From Pseudarcicella hirudinis (GTDB lineage Bacteria > Bacteroidota > Bacteroidia > Cytophagales > Spirosomataceae), in the NCBI RefSeq assembly GCF_900115665.1, contig NZ_FOXH01000001.1, positions 179,777 through 243,776 of the forward strand: a stretch of 64,000 bases of DNA. Reading direction: 5' to 3'. Position numbers and translations under genes: made by a program. Numbering within the stretch: the stretch's first letter is position 1; each line of letters opens with the position of its first letter. Below are positions 60,980 to 64,000 of the stretch, in pieces. The notes beneath the pieces were generated by a model that did no database searches, was not told the origin of the DNA, and saw nothing but the letters and a program-made list of their open reading frames with translations.

Positions 60980-61009
60980 TTTAAGAGTGTTCTGTGGGTC
61001 ACAGAACAC
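60980..61009. repeat. Palindromic REP-like element, copy 1 (GTGTTCTGTG-GGT-CACAGAACAC)
   Basis: 10-bp perfect inverted repeat with a 3-nt loop, preceded by ttaaga. A near-identical copy lies at 63443..63472. Confidence 0.7.
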
Positions 61010-61093
61010 CGTGTTGGGAGACAGATAAGGATGAGAAGCCATGCGGAACACTAAGGATGGGAAGGGTTAATAATTCTTATAAATTTAAGATGA

Positions 61094-61771
61094 TTATTGT
61101 TTTGTAACTTTCAAATCTGTGAAATATCCTTCTGTACCTATATCCACAAACAGGCCTAGTGCACCGGATACATTTTCACCATGTTTCAGGTCATTTACAA
61201 TTAATGAAGGTTGCTTGTTTTCGTTCAGAAACAATTTGGCTTGCTTGCCTTTTACTACAATCCTGATTTTTATCCATTCGTTCAAACCCATATCCGCATA
61301 GGATTCGTATTCTCCTGCTGCCTCTTTTCTAAGTCTTTCGAATTTGTAATCCGGAAAGGAAAAATACTGGACAGAACGATTTCTTCTCAATTGATTTTCG
61401 ACTCTGCCATTGGTGGGACGAATATAAATACTTTCAAATTTTGAATTATTTTCATGAATTCTGAAAGCAACACCGATAAACCCTCTTGCCAATTCCGGAG
61501 CATTTTTTACTAATCGGCTTAATACCTTCACTTCAATTGTTCCGTCCTTAAAATCTACGTTTCTGATTTTTGCAAATGTAGGCTCGTCAAAGGCTTTTAT
61601 TGTGGAATCTTTAATGACCCTGACAACCTCATTCCCCTGAAACTTCTCTACTGACATATACACTTGATTGGCTTCAAGGTTGTTTACATCTAACTTGATT
61701 TGCTGAGCATATAAGCCTTTTGAAATAACCAGTAGATTTATGGTTATTATGGCAATTATGTTTTTTGTCAT
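61094..61771 (-). CDS. Hypothetical secreted protein
   Basis: Signal MTKNIIAIITINLLVISKGLYAQ (internal start preferred). No motif assigned. Confidence 0.4.
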   Translation of the reverse strand: MTKNIIAIITINLLVISKGLYAQQIKLDVNNLEANQVYMSVEKFQGNEVVRVIKDSTIKAFDEPTFAKIRNVDFKDGTIEVKVLSRLVKNAPELARGFIGVAFRIHENNSKFESIYIRPTNGRVENQLRRNRSVQYFSFPDYKFERLRKEAAGEYESYADMGLNEWIKIRIVVKGKQAKLFLNENKQPSLIVNDLKHGENVSGALGLFVDIGTEGYFTDLKVTKQ

Positions 61772-61888
61772 TTTCAGCACTTTAGAATTCTGATGATTGT
61801 CTTTTCGGTCTGCAATCCGCAGACCGGAAAAAGCATAATAATGATAATTTTTGACGGGACACATAAGTTACATTGTTTGCTTTAATTG

Positions 61889-62545
61889 TTACATTTTCTC
61901 TTTTGCTTCTGCCAAAGTAACTGTTTTGCCCAATGCCCCGAACTCATGTAAATCGCCAAATACTTCAATGCGGATAGAATGTTCTAACCCACCCACATAT
62001 ACAGGCTCAAAACCATTGTCCCGAATCAACTGTTCAATATTTTCATTGATATCTGTGTAATCCGTAGCATAAAACAAAACAGCAGCTTCAGGCTGTTGAT
62101 TCGCTGCATTGGCCAGAGAAGCAGCTCCTAAAGTGCCCAATGCTTTGGCAAGTTTTGCTCCCTGAGGTAATAAAGAAGCATTAATCTGGCCTGCTGACTC
62201 ATTTTCAGCAATGATTTTATCGAAGCCTCCTTTTTCATTTGGCGCAATCGGATTAGATGGATCAACAATAATTTTCCCTTGTAAAAGTACTTCATATTGG
62301 TGAAAAATCTCCTTAATAGCACCAAACCAAACCGCCATCACAATAATGTCGGCTTTAGTGATGGCCTCAGCAATAGACATTGGCTGAGCTGATTCTCCCA
62401 GTTGAATAGCAAGGGCATTTGCTTTTTCAACATTTCTATCCGCTACGATAACTGAGCGATTGTTATTTACCAGATTTCCTGCTACTACCTTACCGATATT
62501 TCCCAGTCCGATAACTGCAATATTAGATTTGATTGATTTTTCCAT
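61889..62545 (-). CDS. NADP-dependent oxidoreductase, F420-dependent-NADP-reductase/ProC-like Rossmann family
   Basis: SNIAVIGLGNIGKVVAGNLVNNNRSVIVADRN dinucleotide-binding motif. ~218 aa. Confidence 0.7.
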   Translation of the reverse strand: MEKSIKSNIAVIGLGNIGKVVAGNLVNNNRSVIVADRNVEKANALAIQLGESAQPMSIAEAITKADIIVMAVWFGAIKEIFHQYEVLLQGKIIVDPSNPIAPNEKGGFDKIIAENESAGQINASLLPQGAKLAKALGTLGAASLANAANQQPEAAVLFYATDYTDINENIEQLIRDNGFEPVYVGGLEHSIRIEVFGDLHEFGALGKTVTLAEAKEKM

Positions 62546-62655
62546 TGTTTTAACTTTAGTAAGTATTAATTAACAATGCAAAGTTATGGCAGGAGGAGGA
62601 CCCAAACCCTTAAACTATCTTATGTAATACGCTTAATATAGTTTAAGGGTAAAAG

Positions 62656-63243
62656 CTATTTTTTTGTCAGATCTTTACGGATTTTACTTAAAAATTCGGG
62701 AGTGATACCTAAATATGATGCAATTTGAGTATTTGGCAGACGGGATGCCAGATCAGAATATTGCTCAAGAAAACTTAAATAACGCTGTTCGGCAGTTGAG
62801 CTGAAAGTCTGTAAAACATGATTTTGTAACTCTACGTATTTATTTTCAATAATGACTTTAAAAATTCGGTTGAGTTTAGGAATATTATTGTATAAAAAAT
62901 ACAAATCCTGCTGTTCTATTTGTAAAATTACTGAGGGTTCTATCGCTTCAATAAATAGCTTGCTGGGCTTGTTTGAATGAAAACTTCCGATGTCTGCTAT
63001 CCAATCACTTTCGGCAGCAAATTGTATATTGTGTTCATAACCTTTATCATCAATACCGTACATTCTAAAACAGCCTTCGGCTACAAAAAAATAGTGTTTG
63101 CATACAAAACCTTCCTGCAAAATCATTTGCCGGCGTTTAACTCTTCGCTGTATAAACTTTGACTCCAGCAGTATCTGTTCCTCATTATCTAAGTGGAGAG
63201 GAGTAAATTTTTGAAAATATTTAAAGAGTTGAGTGATAGCCAA
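62656..63243 (-). CDS. Crp/Fnr-family transcriptional regulator
   Basis: cNMP-binding beta-roll (ILQEGFVCKHYFFVAEGCFRMYGIDDKGYEHNIQFAAESDW) plus C-terminal HTH (IASYLGITPEFLSKIRKDL). Confidence 0.8.
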   Translation of the reverse strand: MAITQLFKYFQKFTPLHLDNEEQILLESKFIQRRVKRRQMILQEGFVCKHYFFVAEGCFRMYGIDDKGYEHNIQFAAESDWIADIGSFHSNKPSKLFIEAIEPSVILQIEQQDLYFLYNNIPKLNRIFKVIIENKYVELQNHVLQTFSSTAEQRYLSFLEQYSDLASRLPNTQIASYLGITPEFLSKIRKDLTKK

Positions 63244-63442
63244 TTTATTTGTATTTAATCAACGGAAGAAAAATGTCGCCTGATAATCACGGAGCTGATT
63301 CGGGGAATTCCGTGTTTTATTACAAATATGCTACTTTTAAAGATATGTTTACATGCTATTATCATATATTGCCTGCCTTCCGCTTTGGTTCAGGTATAGC
63401 CCCAAAGTTATGTTTTATGGAAATATAATAAAGATAACTCTG

Positions 63443-63495
63443 GTTAAGAGTGTTCTGTGGGTCACAGAATACGGTTATTGTGGCCCACAGAACAC
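63443..63495. repeat. Palindromic REP-like element, copy 2 plus adjacent half-copy
   Basis: gttaagagtgttctgtgggtcacagaatacggttattgtggcccacagaacacggttatt shares ~27 identical bp with copy 1, followed by a second GTGGCCCACAGAACAC unit. It sits immediately 3' of the ABC-F stop. Confidence 0.7.
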
Positions 63496-63500
63496 GGTTA

Positions 63501-64000
63501 TTATCTGAGTTCAATAGTTCGTTCAATGTTTATCTGTTCCAGAAATGTTTCATCGTGTGAAACGACAATCAATGTTCCCTGATATTCATTGATGGAAGCT
63601 GTCAGAATCTCGACATTTTGGATGTCTAAATTGTTTGTCGGTTCGTCAAAAATAATAATGTCCGGCGATTTGCTGTTAATGGTCAGGCAACAAAGCATTA
63701 AACGCATTCTTTCACCACCACTCAATGCACGGCAAGGTTTGTCCCAATCTTCTTTGGTAAACAAAAAACGATTCAGTCTGATTTTGATTTCGTGTTCCTG
63801 CAAAGCAGCAATGTTGAATTGCAGCGCTTGTTCGTAAACTTTCAACCTGTTGTTAATAAGCGAATAGTCCTGGTCGATGTAAACCGATTTATTGTCAGCT
63901 CTGTAAATTGTTCCTGTTTGTGACTCAATATCACCTAAAATGAGTTTTATCAAAGTCGTTTTTCCAGAACCATTTGTACCTTTTAAGGTAATGCGTTCGC
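63501..64000 (-). CDS. ABC-F-type ATP-binding cassette protein, C-terminal ABC domain (partial; continues beyond the window end)
   Basis: Walker A GTNGSGKTTLIKLILGD encoded at 63950-64000 in frame upstream of the ORF-track TTG start. Signature LSGGERMRL. Walker B IIIFDEPTNNLD. H-loop VVSHD. Confidence 0.8.
   Translation of the reverse strand, partial: ERITLKGTNGSGKTTLIKLILGDIESQTGTIYRADNKSVYIDQDYSLINNRLKVYEQALQFNIAALQEHEIKIRLNRFLFTKEDWDKPCRALSGGERMRLMLCCLTINSKSPDIIIFDEPTNNLDIQNVEILTASINEYQGTLIVVSHDETFLEQINIERTIELR

Noticed and set aside
60980-63495. The hairpin-element pair as boundaries of a mobile cassette or MITE
   Set aside because: No transposase, integrase or target-site duplication is visible. 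Both copies sit at gene 3' ends in the orientation expected for terminator/REP elements, so the simpler interpretation was kept.
1-64000. tRNA/rRNA genes, integrases, transposases, restriction-modification or toxin-antitoxin genes
   Set aside because: No cloverleaf-like or rRNA-like segments, and no integrase, transposase, methyltransferase or nuclease motifs were recognised in any frame. Absence is by visual inspection only.

Overview
This 64 kb window looks like a Bacteroidota chromosome segment. The call rests on SusC/SusD genes, a hybrid two-component regulator, lipoprotein signal peptides and low GC. I did not recognise any rRNA, tRNA, CRISPR array, transposase or integrase.

Layout, left to right:
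1. 1-1.9 kb: a partial AraC-type regulator and a LexA-like S24 repressor whose nucleophile Ser is replaced by Gly.
2. 2.2-14.7 kb: a complete polysaccharide-utilisation locus (hybrid sensor kinase, SusC-like, SusD-like, a GH5 glycoside hydrolase with a ricin-B-type carbohydrate-binding module, and a GH30 glycoside hydrolase). It probably targets a beta-glucan.
3. 14.8-29 kb: an accessory stretch. It holds a complex tandem minisatellite, a ThuA-like gene paired with a Tat-signal Gfo/Idh/MocA oxidoreductase, three alpha/beta-hydrolase esterases, an orphan HD-like protein with C-terminal TM helices, a metallophosphoesterase fused to an Omp85-type barrel, and a NUDIX-type regulator.
4. 31-38.3 kb: a flotillin gene and a conserved pentose-phosphate operon (ROK kinase, rpiB, gnd, zwf, pgl).
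5. 39-59 kb: the most unusual part. About 15 co-directional, tightly packed or overlapping genes, almost all secreted, lipoprotein or membrane proteins. They include a membrane-anchored TPR-CHAT caspase-like protease, a divergent ECF-sigma-like protein with a C-terminal extension, an anti-sigma-like TM protein, an HExxH metallopeptidase, two paralogous matrixin-like lipoproteins that have lost the HExxHxxGxxH zinc site, a vWA lipoprotein, a large TPR protein, two proteins sharing a repeated small module, and a TolB-like beta-propeller. I propose this as a candidate undescribed envelope proteolytic signalling or conflict system.
6. 59.5-64 kb: a canonical ECF sigma/anti-sigma pair, a Crp/Fnr regulator with a reductase, a palindromic element present in two copies, and a partial ABC-F gene running off the window end.
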